A stretch of DNA of 64,000 nt from NCBI GenBank assembly GCA_030324005.1, contig JARDVH010000130.1, forward strand, positions 33,468,734 through 33,532,733, given 5' to 3'. Below are positions 26,961 to 40,212 of this stretch, piece by piece. A model generated the notes under the pieces. The model had not been told where the DNA came from, made no database searches, and worked only from the letters and a program-made list of their open reading frames with translations. This stretch comes from Negaprion brevirostris (taxonomy: Eukaryota). Made by a program: the position numbers and the translations under genes. The first letter of the stretch is position 1. Every line of letters starts with the position of its first letter.

Positions 26961-27742
26961 CACTGTATAGTATCATAGCCAGGTAGGAGTTAAACCAATA
27001 CCTAGTTCCAAACTTTGCAAAGCAAGTTATGAGTTAATCATGTGCAGATCTACAGTTTGTACAGCAGGATGAAGTTAATCTTTGGAATTTCCCATCTGAC
27101 AATTTGTACAGCAGTGTTAAGAGTTAAAATATCAAGCAGTTCCATTGTTCACACAGCAAGAGTGAGTATTAATCACCATGTCGTTTGTACAGCAGGCTAA
27201 GGGTTAATATCAGTTTGCAGTTCCTCTTTTCTGAGGCCGTAAAATTATGGCAAACTGCCCAAGAGAATGTGCTACCTGCAGGAACAAGGTTATAAAGGTG
27301 GTTTTCATTACATGGCTACCCTGATTGATCAGCTGTTGCAAACTGTAAGCAGCTGAGTCAGAGAGACCAGGAAGGTCCTAGGTTCAATTACCACTGAATC
27401 CAGTTAGCTGATCTCAGCTGGGTTGCAGCAATAAACCACAATATACACTGCTGGGAACCATGCACGCTCGTGTGAGATTGGTTGTCATATCTCTGCAGCT
27501 GAATATCATTACATTGGCTGCACATGTGAGGAATTAAGGTGTCAGGGCAATCAGCATCCATGGAACTGTATGTAGCCTTGCAAGAGTCAATTGCATCAGC
27601 AGGAAGGAAAGACAATGGAGGGCAAGAAAAATATAACATCCTGTTACTGATCAGATCATTGGTCTGACCTCAATACAGAGTAGGAGCGGAGGGCAAATCT
27701 TTTGTTTCATTACTGAATACAGCAGAAAGTTCAACTATGTGG

Positions 27743-28588
27743 TGTGATGATACTGTGCCTTTAAGTAATGTATTTTTAATCATGTCTCTCTGCAGTTTTT
27801 AAAACAGCTTTGAGCATTTTATTGGCACCACTTTGTCTGTAGATGGTTTCTCTAATTGTTACTAAAGCAATATAATGGACATCAGGTTTATTTTTTAATC
27901 TGGTTTCATACAGTGTCCTGGGGTTTTATGGTCCTTTTGGAATTGCTGGGTGGAGCATGACTGACAGGTCAGATGATGCCTGGGGACAGTTTATTTCCAC
28001 AGAAAAGTCCAGGTTTTTAGTCTGAGTAGTAGTCTGTAGTATTCTGTGATGGACAATAGCAATTGTGCTCTTCTTCTCTCTCTGGAGTTGGAAATTCTGC
28101 TGTCTGTGAGCTGCTGTTAGAAGCTCATGAGGACAGGCAGTTTCTCTCTCTAGAGGCTTTTTGGAAAGTTCCAGCACTGGAAGCCTCAGAGATTTAATCC
28201 AACATTCAATGAACCAATTCACAGTAGGTGTTAAAAAACTGAAAACTCAGCATTACATGAACATACTTGCTTTCTGTGCCAAGTCTAGAAAAGGGTGTAC
28301 GTTTTTGGGATATTGTTTGGCTTGGAACATCATAGAAAGCTAGCNNNNNNNNNNCATACTATGCCATGTTTAAATCTTGTCATTGATAAATGTTTTGCTA
28401 AATCTTTTTATTATATTTTAACTGTGTTCTTAAATAAACTGTGTTTGATAAAAGCTTCCTAGTGGATCACTTGAGTTATAGCTGCAGGGAAACACTTTAT
28501 GCTCACCCGTGCCAAATTCAAATGTAAAAACTTAGGGTCTAGGCTATCTTCATAAAACATCTTGGGGTTTCAGGCCTGGGTCTTCACA
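27743..28588 (+). mobile_element. Solo LTR (about 850 bp)
   Basis: Termini TGTGA...TCACA; 4-bp TSD GTGG (27739-27742, 28589-28592); AATAAA near 28433. Confidence 0.75.
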
Positions 28589-30349
28589 GTGGTTGTAGAG
28601 GGACTAAAAGCTCAGTGCAGCTTGCAGTTTAGGGATATGGATTCATAGTTTCAGGGACAGAGCTCTCTACATCAGTCTTGCTGGCCTAGGGAGGAGAGAT
28701 GGTTCGAGTAAGGACGGCCCCCAGCCACCTGTGGGCACTCATTCCTGACTGTGTAAAGAGCTACAATGCAGGAGAACTGCTAGCACGTGGATCACAAACC
28801 AAGACCAGGAAAAAAGGAAAGAGGAAAAATAGTTCTCAAAGTCATGGGTGCGGTGTCAGTACGAGTTCCGTGTCACTGAACCCGATTTATAATTGGTTAT
28901 TGTGGAATTCTGCAAACAATATAGAAACACAATCTCTACAGTGCAGAAAAAGGCCATTCAGCCCATCGAGCTTTCACCAACAACAATCCCATCCAAGTCC
29001 TATCTCCATAACTCCACGTATTTACTCTGCTTATCTCTGAGACTATCAGGCATTCATCATGTCCAATCAACCTAACCCACACACCTTTGGAAGGGCAAAA
29101 GGAACAACTCCAGAAGAATGGATTGTCACAGCAGGCAACATGAGACAGCCAAATACTTCTGTCTCTCATCAACTGACCCAAGCAGAAGCCTTGGAGTGGA
29201 TTATCACAAGCAATGATTACGTGATTTCAGAAGAGCCTCACTGCTGGACCAGTAATTCAGAGGCCAGGTAGCTAGACAGATTTAAATTCAGTTAATAAAT
29301 CTGGAATATAAACTCATGTCACTAATGATGGCCATGGAAACCATCACTATTGTTGTAAAACACCATCTGATTCACTAATGTCCTTTAGGGAAGGAAATTT
29401 CCCGTCCTTACGTGCTCTGGCCTGCATGTTACTCAACCCACAAAAATGCAGTTGTCTCTTAACTGCTCTCTGAAATGGCCCAGCAAGCCATTCAGTTTAA
29501 ATGCAACTAGAAAAGGGCAAAAAATACTGTCCGTGCTAGCAACACCCACAGCCCATGAAAGAGTAAAAACAAAAAACCTGGTTGTGCAAAATATTCATAC
29601 CACATCTAATTAAGTATATAACAAAACAAAAGTGCAGATTCTGCTCTTGTAAGCGTGAGCTGCATTTGGAGAGGGGATTTTCAACTGTGTAATAGAGGCC
29701 CTGTATAATAGAGGTACAGGTGTATCATTGGTGGTGGGAGAAATCCCAGATGGTGGATGAAGGACATTCCACAACACCAAAATGTACTGGCCTCAAGAGT
29801 GATGTTTTAATCTGGTTCCTACGCCTTTTTGGTGCCAATGCATCAAACCACACCTAAGAGAATAATGATCTTGTATCTAAGAAGAATTTTCTTTCTGCAA
29901 TCTGGTTCAGAAACATGGAAGTTTATGACATTAATATCCATTAGAACTTGCTCTAGTCATCACAGACTAAATACTATGAAACAGGTTGGGTGAATGATTC
30001 TTCCCACAACATAACACCGTTCAGTTATTAGAAACTGCAGGAAGAGGGGGACTAATCTTAAAACTTCTCATTTGAACTCCTGAGCCTCCAGCAGGCCAGC
30101 CAACAGGGGAAAAACTTGCTGAATGTGCATGCTGAAGTATGTGGGAAGCCATGTGACCATATGTGACCCTGACAAACATATTTTGTATTGGATAAACTGT
30201 CAGTAATTGAAGTTGACAAAGCACTGAGACCAGCTGAGATACATGTATGGACGTGAGAATGGAAATTGCAGAGGCACTGGCCATAATGCTTCTGTCTTCC
30301 CTAGGCTGGAGAACTGCACACATGGTGTCTTTGTTCAGAAAAGATTGTA

Positions 30350-31990
30350 GCAATTACAGACTGGGCAGTTTAACTGGAAGTGAAGCTTCTAGAAACAATT
30401 ATTCAGGATGAAATCAATAATCACAAGGAAAAATATGAATTGATTAGGAACAGTCAGCATGGATTTCTTAAGTAAAAATCATATGTAATTGGTTGGAGTC
30501 TTCTGAAGACAGGAAAAATCCAGAGAGGATTTTTTTATTCATTCATGGGACATGGGTATCACTGGCTGGGCCAGCATCTACTGCCCATCCCTAGTTGCCT
30601 GAGGGTAGTTGAGAATTAACCACATTGCAGTGGGCTCTGGAGTCACTTGTAGGCAAGGCCAGATAAAGATGGTAGATTTCTTTCCGTAAAGGGCATTAGT
30701 GAACCAGATAGACTTTTCCAACAATCAGCAATGGTTTCATGGTCATCAGTAGATTCTTAATTCCAGACATTTTTTATTTTTTATTGAATTCAAATTCTTC
30801 CTTCTGCCGTGGCAAGATTCGAACCCAGATCCCCAGAACATGAGCGGAATTTCTGGATTAATAGTCTAACGATAACACTACTAGGCTATCCTCTTCCCTC
30901 ATTGATGAGCATAGTGATTTGGTGTATATGGGCTTCCAAAATGCATTTGATACAGTGCCACACCACAGACCTGAGAAAAGTTATAGCTCATGGAACAAAG
31001 GAACGTGAATACAGAATTAGCTGAGTAATATGAAGCAGTGAGTAATGGTTATTTTTCAGACTGGAACACGTTTCTCACACTGTTCCACAGGTATTGGGAT
31101 CCTTGCTTTTCCTGATATGTTTTAGATGATGTAGATCTTGGTAGACAGAGGACAAATTCATAGTATGCAGATGATACAGACTGTCAGAAGTACAGTAGAG
31201 AACTTCAAAAACAACAGAATTAGATGGAGTGGGCCAATGAGTGGCAGATGAAGCTCAAGATGGCGAAATGTGAGGTGATTCATTTTGGTAAGAAGCACAT
31301 GGAGAGACAATATAAAATAAGGTGTACAACTCTAAAGCAATAGGAGCAGATGAACCTGGGTGTATATGTGCATTAAGTTATTAAAAATGGCAGGACAGGT
31401 GGGCAGCATGATAAGTAAAGCATATGCTATTCTAAGTTTTATTAATAGGGGCATTGAGTACAAGAGCAAGGAGGTTACATTGAACTTTGATAAAACATTA
31501 GTTAGACCTTAGCTGAAGAACTGCATACAGTTCTGGGTGCCATACTTTAGGAAGGATGCGAATACAAAAAGTGCGTAAGAGGTTTACAAGCACGATTCCA
31601 AGGATAGGAAACTTCAGTTATGAAGATGTATTGAAGAAATTGGGACTGTTTTTCTTGGAGTGAAGGCTAAGGACAGACTTAATGGAGATGTCCAAAATTC
31701 ATGGGCAAGATGATGGACACAGCAGACCAAAGAAACAGTTCCCACTCATAAAAGAATCAAGAACGAGAGTAATTATTTCCTGCGCAGCAAATGGTTTGGA
31801 TCTGGAATGCTCTGCTTGAAGGTTTGGTGGATGCTGGTTCAAGAGGGCATGAGATGATTATCTGAATAGACACAATGTGCAGATCTATGAGGAAAAGGCA
31901 ATAGGATGGCACAAAGTCATAATGCTCCTTTGGAAAACTAGTGCAGACAAGATGGGCCGAATGGCCTCCTTCTGCATCGTAATAATTCTC
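30350..31990 (+). mobile_element. CR1 LINE fragment interrupted by a Deu-SINE (30530-30900)
   Basis: SQHGF, xFQNAFDTVPH, YADDT, WANEWQMK..KCEVIHFG motifs. Confidence 0.8.
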
Positions 31991-32249
31991 TGATTAATGC
32001 TTACCATCTCTACCTCAGGTGATGAATCAGTATTCCTCATGTTGAGCACTACTTTGAAACATGGAGGATAGCAGGAGCAGTGAATACAGCCTGGGTGGGA
32101 TCCATTTTTTTTCATTCATTCACCAGGTCAAGGCATGGCTGGCAAAGGCAACACTTATAGCTCATTCTTACTTCCCCTTGAGAAATTAGTGATGAGTTGC
32201 CTTCTTGAATTGCTGCAGTCCATGCAGTGAAAATGCTGCCGCAGTAGTT

Positions 32250-32737
32250 AGAATCATCATAGAATCCCTATTGGGCAGAAGGCCATTTGGCCTATTGAGT
32301 CTGGACCGACTCTCTGATTGAGTTTCTTACCCAGATCCTGTTCTCCCCCAACCCCATAACCCCGCATGTTCACCATGGCTAATCGATCAACCCACACATC
32401 TTGCGACATGGTCAATGCACCTAACCTGCACATCTTTGACTCTATAGATAGTTACACGGGTATAATGGGTATAGAGGGATGTGGGCCGAATGTGGGCAAC
32501 TGGAATTAGTTTAGGGGTTCTAAACAAAAAAAGGCGACGTGGACAAGTTGGGCCGAAGGGCCTGTTTCCATGCTGTATGACTCTATGCCTCTATCTTTGG
32601 ATGTGGGACGAAACCGGAGAATCTGGGGGAAACCCATACAGACAGAGGGGGGAAACGCGCAAACTCCACACAGACAGTGACCTGAGGCTGGAATTGAACC
32701 CAGGTCCCTGGTGCTTGATGCAACAGTTCTAACCACT
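32250..32737 (-). mobile_element. Nested V-SINE / CR1-tail fragments
   Basis: aaactccacacagacagtgacctgaggctggaattgaacccagg V-SINE with an inserted opposite-strand CR1 tail. Confidence 0.7.
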
Positions 32738-32929
32738 GTAAGGAATTCAAGATTTCTGACCCAGCATTGGTGAAGGAATAATACGTCTGAGTCAAGATGG
32801 AGAGAGACTTGGAAGGGAACTTAGAGGTGGCAGGTGCCCATGTACCTTCCAACCTATCGTACCTGCATTGCCCTTTTGAAAGAGCTGTGATTGGATCAGA
32901 TCAAAGCTCTTCAGTCCTACCGCAACCAA

Positions 32930-33830
32930 TTACAAATGAAGATGGATAATTAAACAACTAATGGGAAAAGGAAGCTCCATAAGCATCCCCATCCTCAATA
33001 ACGACAGTGCCCAGCACCTGAGTGCAAAAGACGAGGCTGAAGCATTTGCGATCATCTTCAATCAAAACTGCTGAGTGGATAACATCATGATGTCTGCAGC
33101 ATCACAGAATTCAGTTTTGAGCCAACTTGATTCACTACCTATAACATCAAGAAGTGGTCAAGCACAATGAATGCAGGAGAGCCTATGGCCCCAACAATAT
33201 CCAGATATAGTGCTGAAGATATGTGCCCCAAAGCCAGCCACACCAGTAGCCCCAACAAATCTAAAACATCTATCCAACAATGTGGAAAATTGCTCAGGTT
33301 GATCAAAGAACAAAGAAAATTACAGCACAGGAACAGGGCCTCTGGCCCTCCAAGCCTGCAGTGACTATGCTGCCTGACTTAACTAAAACCCCCTACCCTT
33401 TCGGGGACCATATCCCTCAATTCCAATCCTATTTACATATTTGTCAAGACGCCCCTTAAAAGTCACTACCGTATCTGCTTCCACTACCTCCCCCAGCAAC
33501 GAGTTCCAGAAACATGTCCACAAAAAGCTAAAGAAATACAACTTGATCATCTACTACCCCAGTCCACTCTTAAATTATCAGCCAAGTGTTATCAGGTGGC
33601 ACTTATCTACCCATTGATCTGTGGCTGCGTTTTGCCAGTGTCACTGAGCTCTAGACTTCATTACAGCCTTGTTCCAAACATGAACTAAATAGCTGAATTT
33701 GAGAGGCAAGAGTGAATGTGTTTGACTTCAATACAGTCATTTGACTATGTGGCATTGTGGAGCCCTCATAAAATTAAAAACAATGGGAAGAGGGGGAGAT
33801 CTCTCCACTGGCTGGAATTAAATCTCCCTG
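32930..33830 (+). mobile_element. Decayed CR1/L2-group LINE ORF2 fragment
   Basis: WIIKQL.G...SIPIL..., AKDEAEAFAIIFNQ, A.GP.NI motifs; interrupted by a CR1 tail at about 33300-33510. Confidence 0.55.
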
Positions 33831-34134
33831 ACCTTTCTCAGCTTAAGGTGCACTCCACCCTATCCAATGCCTTGACATACCTCTTAATATGAGGTGGCCA
33901 GAACTGGATACAATTCTGGATATTCCAGCTGAGGTCTAACCAGCGATTTCTCATAACTTACTAGATTTTATACTCTTTTCTGCTTCAGATTTCCAGCATT
34001 TGCTTTTAACTCTGTTGCAACGTTGTTTCAACGACGGGCCCTTTACAACTTTGTTATTCCAATAGCACAATAGGGAATATAGCTGCATCATTATATAGCG
34101 CAATAAAGATGGTCTTGAGAAAATATAGTCGTAC

Positions 34135-34211
34135 CTAAAAATAACAGCTAGCCGATCCAGCCATATGGTGGGGTCCGTAGCAAGGCCATTGGCAGGCTCT
34201 TGTGCCAGGAG
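34135..34211 (-). CDS. TNPO3: Transportin-3 exon 14 (77 nt)
   Basis: LLAQEPANGLATDPTIWLDRLAVIF(R); TTCCAG / GTACGA. Confidence 0.95.
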
Positions 34212-34513
34212 CTGGAAGTAAAAGAAATCATGCTTACAACCTGATGAGCTGGGGCTTGAACAGGTGGTGACAGCAGGGAGAGGAAATGAAGAGACTCTGT
34301 TTCAAAAGAGACAGTTTTGTGACATGGAAAGCCCACCAGAAATTGGGTTGGGAAGATCCCAACATCAGCAGAGAGGATTAGCAGAAGTTTGCCACAAGTT
34401 TGAGCTGCACTCAGAGATAGTGTACTAGTCCACTAGNNNNNNNNNNNNNNNNNNNNNNNNNNNNNNNNNNNNNNNNNNNNNNNNNNNNNNNNNNNNNNNN
34501 NNNNNNNNNNNNN

Positions 34514-34560
34514 TTCGGTAATCTTCTCCAAAGGGAGCCGGCAAAGAACAAGTGCTGTCC
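34514..34560 (-). CDS. TNPO3: Transportin-3 exon 13, partial (remainder in N gap; expected 92 nt, ending near 34469)
   Basis: GATAG acceptor then (G)TALVLCRLPLEKITE, matching human TALVLARLPLDKITE; the sequence then enters the gap at 34437-34513. Confidence 0.92.
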
Positions 34561-35252
34561 CTATCACGAGAAAGGAAATTTATACAATTAAAAAACACAC
34601 AATTTATCTTCCACCTAGATATTATCAGTTGCAAGCCAGATATGGGGTCTCTTAAATACATTAAGTAAATTATACATGCAGATAGTACAAAAACAGAGTT
34701 GGCAATTTTAACTTAGCTTGCTTTGCAATACAGGCAGGTTCAGCCTTTTGATGCATGAGGTTAAATTACCCCAAGTACTTTTTAAGGCACAAAAAGGAAT
34801 CATTCGGCTGAAAATAAAAATCACAATCCTCACTAGATTGACCTCAACCCCAGCTTGCAGTGTTCTAGGTGGAACCCTCAAACTCAGCTCTCTGCAGAAA
34901 TTAGACTTTTGGTTCCAATTATTTCACATTTCAGAGCACAATACAGTCCCCGCCTCTCAAGCCCTCCACATTTTGATCTGGACTGATGCACAGAAGTACC
35001 AGAAGGCAGAGTTAGCTCAAAGTTGCCCAACGGTAATGAAGGAAACACAACAGTTAATATGAGCACAGCAAACTTTCACAAACAGCAATATGACATCCAA
35101 GAGGTTATCTGGTCACTATGTTGGTAAATATTGGCCGGGGCACCAGAGGGGCTCCTCTTGAAGGAGCACCTCAGCGAGCAAAAGAGGCCCTCAGTTTAAC
35201 AAGTCATCTGAAAGAGGGCAGCTACTGACAGTCCCGCACTGGGGGTATCAGT

Positions 35253-36348
35253 CTACGTTCCCAACCTGTGGTCCATGCAAAATAAATAATACAACTTTGT
35301 GTACCTTTATATGTCATAATTATTCACATTTCTTTGAACCATGATTATTGCCACATATATTGACATACAGTGAAAAGTATTGTTTCTTGCGCGCTATACA
35401 GACAAAACATATCATTCATAGAGAAGGAAACAAGAGAATGTAGAATGTAGTGTTACAGTCACAGCTAGGGTGCAGAGAAAGATCAACGTAATGCAAGGTA
35501 AATTGCATTAAAGCATTGTTAGATAGTTTAAAAGAGTTAGAATGAAGTTTTAGAAACATAAAATTAGAAGGTATGCTGGGTAAAGCTTGCAAGAACTCGC
35601 CTCACTCTGCCATCATCTTGGATTTTATGTTTTTGTTTTGGGATTGATTGGTTGAAATGTATCGGAGTTAGCACAGGTGGGGCCTGTGCTGGATTAGGCC
35701 AACACTGTGGGGTTGTTCCACATGCAAGAACAGTGGTTCCACCACCAATATCAATTCACTGCAGCATCCACAGGGAGGTATCGGTTGCAAAGAAAATGCC
35801 TGCCANNNNNNNNNNNNNNNNNNNNNNNNNNNNNNNNNNNNNNNNNNNNNNNNNNNNNNNNNNNNNNNNNNNNNNNNNNNNNNNNNNNNNNNNNNNNNNN
35901 NNNNNGTACCGTTTGACAAGACATTAAAGATTCTGATGCCCTTTCCTACAACCTACCTTTGCGAAACTGGATTTTCAGGGCCTGCTGTGTTGAAGACCAA
36001 ATATCAAAATAAACTTAATGTTGAACCAGATCTCCGATTGAGTCTATCATCCCGGAACCAGACATCTGCGAAACAACATCCACCTTCTCATTAGGTAAGC
36101 GTTTCCTACAACTTACCTTTCTGTTTCCACTGTGTAGATGTACAGCAGGTAAATGTGCTGTAACAAGTGCAATGTATTTGTGAGTTTGCATCAAAAACTA
36201 TTAGAATAGCTGCATTTTTCAAGTTGGACTCCTGTCAGCCAAAGGCTACGTATAAAAATGTTCAAAATGGCTTGCACACATTTTGGTCCACAAAGACTTT
36301 TGGGTGTGATCTAATGATTGGCATAAAGGAAAAGGCTGGGAACCGCTG
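35253..36348 (+). mobile_element. hAT (Charlie-type) DNA transposon remnant
   Basis: C-terminal dimerisation motif LKILMPFPTTYLCETGFS..VLKTKYQNKLNVEPDLRLSLS at about 35920-36050; TIR-like gttcccaacc / ggctgggaaccgctg; degenerate 8-bp TSD gtatcagt / gcatcagg. Confidence 0.75.
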
Positions 36349-36789
36349 GCATCAGGTATAAGCTCAGGAACCAGACTGATCTTCACCTCTCAGACAGAAG
36401 TGAATCTGCTAGCCACTGAGCCAGATCTATACACAGGCTGTTAGTTCAGTTCAAAAATAAACTTAAACACCAAACATAAGTGTAAACTCGGAGCTCAAAA
36501 GCACCACCACATTGACTGGGTTGCCACCAAACTTATTCCACTTATTCTTACCAAGTATTCTCATTCCTAAAAGGTTGTTTACCAATGAGCCTAGAAGTAA
36601 AAAAAATCTAAAATTTGTGCTGCTAGATATCTTTCCAATATTAGTAACATTTCACACATTCACCATCACACTTTGCCAAAACTCTAATTACAAAACCACT
36701 TTAAAAAATAATCTTTCCAGTACTAAGTGAAAAGCTGACTGTAATCAGTAGGTATCAGAGTATGCAATACACATTAAGATTCCGAATAC

Positions 36790-36981
36790 CTTTCAGGAGG
36801 CCGATGGCAGCTTCGTGCGAGAGGCTGAAGGTATCAAGAGAACGAACTATCTCCAGGAGGCCCTCAAAGTGCTGAGTCATGTGATCGCGGCAGGAGGAGC
36901 AGATGTTTTGAATGGCTTTGGCTGACGCTGATGCGAGTGTTTTCTCCCGCAGTCCCTTCATTAAATAATTTAACACTGGAT
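36790..36981 (-). CDS. TNPO3: Transportin-3 exon 12 (192 nt)
   Basis: [64 protein letters not shown]; ATTAG / GTATTC. Confidence 0.96.
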
Positions 36982-38436
36982 CTAATTGGGGCCAGGAAGG
37001 AAGAAAGAAAACACAATTTTTTGGGTTCATTACTATAGATAGAATTTACACAAGAGAAACAGCCCAACTGGTCAACTAATCCATGCTGATATTAATGCTC
37101 CACACCAACCTCATCCCATCTTATTTTATCTAACCCTATAAACGTATCCTTCTGCTGCTTTCTGCCTCATGTACTTAGCCAGATTCTACTTATAGGCATC
37201 GATGCTATTTGTCCCAACTATACTACATGGTACAAGTTCAACATTTTATGATAAAAGTTTCCTGAATTCCCTATTGGAATTAATAACTATCTAATAACTG
37301 TCGCCCCTAGTTTTAGATCCGTCTACAGTGGAAGCATCTTCTCTACATCTATCTATTGAATGCCTTCATAATCTTAAGAGACCTATATGAGGTCAGCTCC
37401 TCTGCATTCTCTCTACTAGAAAGCTTTTTGAAAGATTTAACTGACAGGAAAATTAGCTGAAAATGCTCCCTGAAGCCTCCCAAATTAAAATCAACAAGTC
37501 ACAAGGCCTCAATTCCTCCAGCTTTGCTGAGGTCTGTGATCTCAGATAAACAAATGGTTTGTGTTCTACAATCCATGGTAACCATGGGCCATAGATTTAA
37601 GGTAACTGACTCAAGAGGGAGATGAGGAGAATTATTTTTCTTTAAAACTGCTGTGATGCTCTGGAACATCCTGCCTGAAAGGGTTAAGGTAGATTCATCA
37701 GTAACTTTCATAAGAAAATTGAATGCATACTTGGAAAGGATAAATTTACAGGGAAAGAGCAAGGATTAGTGAGATTATATGGATAACTCTTTCCAAGACA
37801 TAAGAGGCAGGATGGATTTATGCTGTGCCCCATCTTTCTAAGTCCCCATGACTCTGAGTTATGGAGGAGAAATAATCAACTAGGGGTTAAACTTCAACCT
37901 TAAATTTCAAACAAAAAAACCCAAGCGTTTAAAAATGTTATTTGTCTATTTATTCACAATATAGTCAGCTGAAATCAGCAATGACTCCCAATTACATAGT
38001 ATTTTATCAATTCAAACAACTCAAAGTGATTTACATAATCAGTAACTTTGTGGAGTGTAATCAAAAGAGGTAAGCCACCATACAGCAGTAACATCGTACA
38101 AAGAGCTGTGAAATGGGAGTGCAGGATTACACTGCACTGACAGCACAGAAACCAGTATTCATGGTCCACATGAGCTTCCTCCCATCCTACTTAATTAAAT
38201 CCTAACATATCTTTTGATCCTTTCTCCACCACTTTGATACCTACCAGTTAATCTGTTTCATGGCTAGTGCTGGTTGAAGGACATAAGGAAAACTTATTGC
38301 TCGTCAAAAACACTTTTCAAACATACATCAGGCAGAAAGAAAACAAAGTCACAGGATACACAATGACAAAGACACACAGGGAACACGAAAATGAAACTTT
38401 ACCATCACAGTTGCTGTACACAATGATATCACACAC

Positions 38437-38576
38437 CTAAAAATCTGGGATTTCTATCAACAACCTCATTCAGTTCTCCGACCAGTTCAATGCTAGTGAA
38501 TCGGACTGCCATGTGCACAGTATCTGGAAGCTGGACTACAGCCTCAAGTACTTCAGCCAAGGTAGGGTTATTGTCA
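38437..38576 (-). CDS. TNPO3: Transportin-3 exon 11 (140 nt)
   Basis: [46 protein letters not shown]; TTTTAG / GTGTGT. Confidence 0.96.
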
Positions 38577-38889
38577 CTAAAACACAAAGAAAAGCACAGA
38601 ATGAATTATATTAGAAAACAGGGATTTTGTTTTCCTACATTTAATCCTTTGCAATGGTTATTCTTATTGTGCCTCATTGTGTCTCAAAAACTACCAAAGT
38701 CCATCAGATACTTTCAGGCACAGTAACTATTAGATGTGGAGATGCAGAAAACATCAAGATTCCTCAAATAGCAACAGGATAAACAATCAGGTAATGTGTT
38801 TTTGATAGTCCAGGCTGCGAGAAAACTTTAGGAGAATTCCCAACTATTCGTTGAACAGTATGATGAGATTTTTAATGCCCCCAGAGAAA

Positions 38890-39328
38890 TCATAGAAACC
38901 CTACAGTACAAAAGGAGGTCATTCAGCCCATTGCGTCTGCACTGACCACACTCCCACCCAGGCCCTACCCCCATATCCCTACATATTTTACCCACTAATC
39001 CATCTAACCTATGCATCTCAGGACACTAAGGGACAATTTAGCATGGCCAATCAACCTAACCCGCACATCTTCGGACTGCGGGAGGAAACCGGAGCACCTG
39101 GAGGAAACCCANNNNNNNNNNNNNNNNNNNNNNNNNNNNNNNNNNNNNNNNNNNNNNNNNNNNNNNNNNNNNNNNNNNNNNNNNNNNNNNNNNNNNNNNN
39201 NNNNNNNNNNNAAACCCACGCAGACACAGGGAGAATGTGCAAACTCCACACAGACAGTGACCTAAGCCGGGAATCGAACTCGGGAATCTGGTTCTGTGTT
39301 GCAGCCGTTCTAACCATTGTGCTGCCCA
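38890..39328 (-). mobile_element. HE1-type V-SINE (spans a probably spurious 100-N gap)
   Basis: Full head, V-domain and tail; gap flanks overlap (gaaaccca / aaaccca). Confidence 0.85.
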
Positions 39329-39870
39329 TTCTGGGAGCAATCTTTGTATGTGAACCTCAGTATGTTTTTGTAAGCACGTCTTATTGGACACACCACCTGC
39401 TGTTGTGGCAGCTCCATCAATGCAGGGCAAGAACCCTGCTGTCAAGTGGCTGTAAAAGTGATTGCAGCAATGAATACCTGGCTTCATCCATGCTGAGGCT
39501 GGTGATATTTGCAGCATCCTACAATTTATCATTCACTGGTGTACGAGGAAGGGCATGAAGGCTGGCGTCTCAAATGTTAACTACATTTTATGCCCTCTCT
39601 TGTCAAAAAGAAACAACCAAAGAGAGAGTGCAGCATTACTAGGATTGCAAGCTCCCCACTGTGTCATTGACTGCAGGCACATCGTTTTGCAGCTTCTAAA
39701 TGTGACAATGTAATGTACCAGAACCAAAAGGGATTCCGCTCGCTCAGTGTGCAGCTGCTGTGTGCAAACCTAAGCACCAAATCATGCAACTTAATGCCAG
39801 TTATGCTGGCAGCAAATACGGCTTTATTCTGCAGCAGTCCACTGTCCTATCAGGGCATCTCAAAGGTTTA

Positions 39871-40212
39871 ATCATAGAAATCATCATAGAAACCCTACAG
39901 TACAGACAAAGGCCCTTCAGCCCATCGAGTCTGCACCGACCACAATCCCACCTATGCCCTACCCCCAGTCACTACATATTTTACCCATTAATCCTCTCTT
40001 ATCTATGCACCTACGGTCAATTTAGCATGGCCAATCGACCTAACCCGCACATCTTTGGGCTGTGGGAGGAAACCGGAGCACCCGAAGGAAACCTGCGCAG
40101 ACACGGGGAGAATGTGCAAACTCCACACAGACAGTGACCCAAGCCGGGAATCAAACCCGGGTCCCTGGAGCTGTGAAGCAGCAGTGCTAACCACTGTGCT
40201 ACCGTGCCGCCC
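39871..40212 (-). mobile_element. HE1-type V-SINE, young full-length copy
   Basis: GGGCGGCACGGTAGCACAGTGGTTAGCACTGCTGCTTCACAGCTCCAGGGACCCGGGTTTGATTCCCGGC head; tail of TTTCTATGATGA-type repeats. Confidence 0.9.

Noticed and set aside
26960-27225. CRISPR-like repeat-spacer appearance
   Set aside because: Repeats are short and degenerate, the context is a vertebrate intron, and there are no cas genes.
36782-36789. GTATTC donor as a possible U12-type intron
   Set aside because: Does not match the GTATCCTT consensus.
39871-40212. tRNA-like A/B boxes as tRNA genes
   Set aside because: They are SINE heads continuing into the V-domain and a LINE-derived tail.
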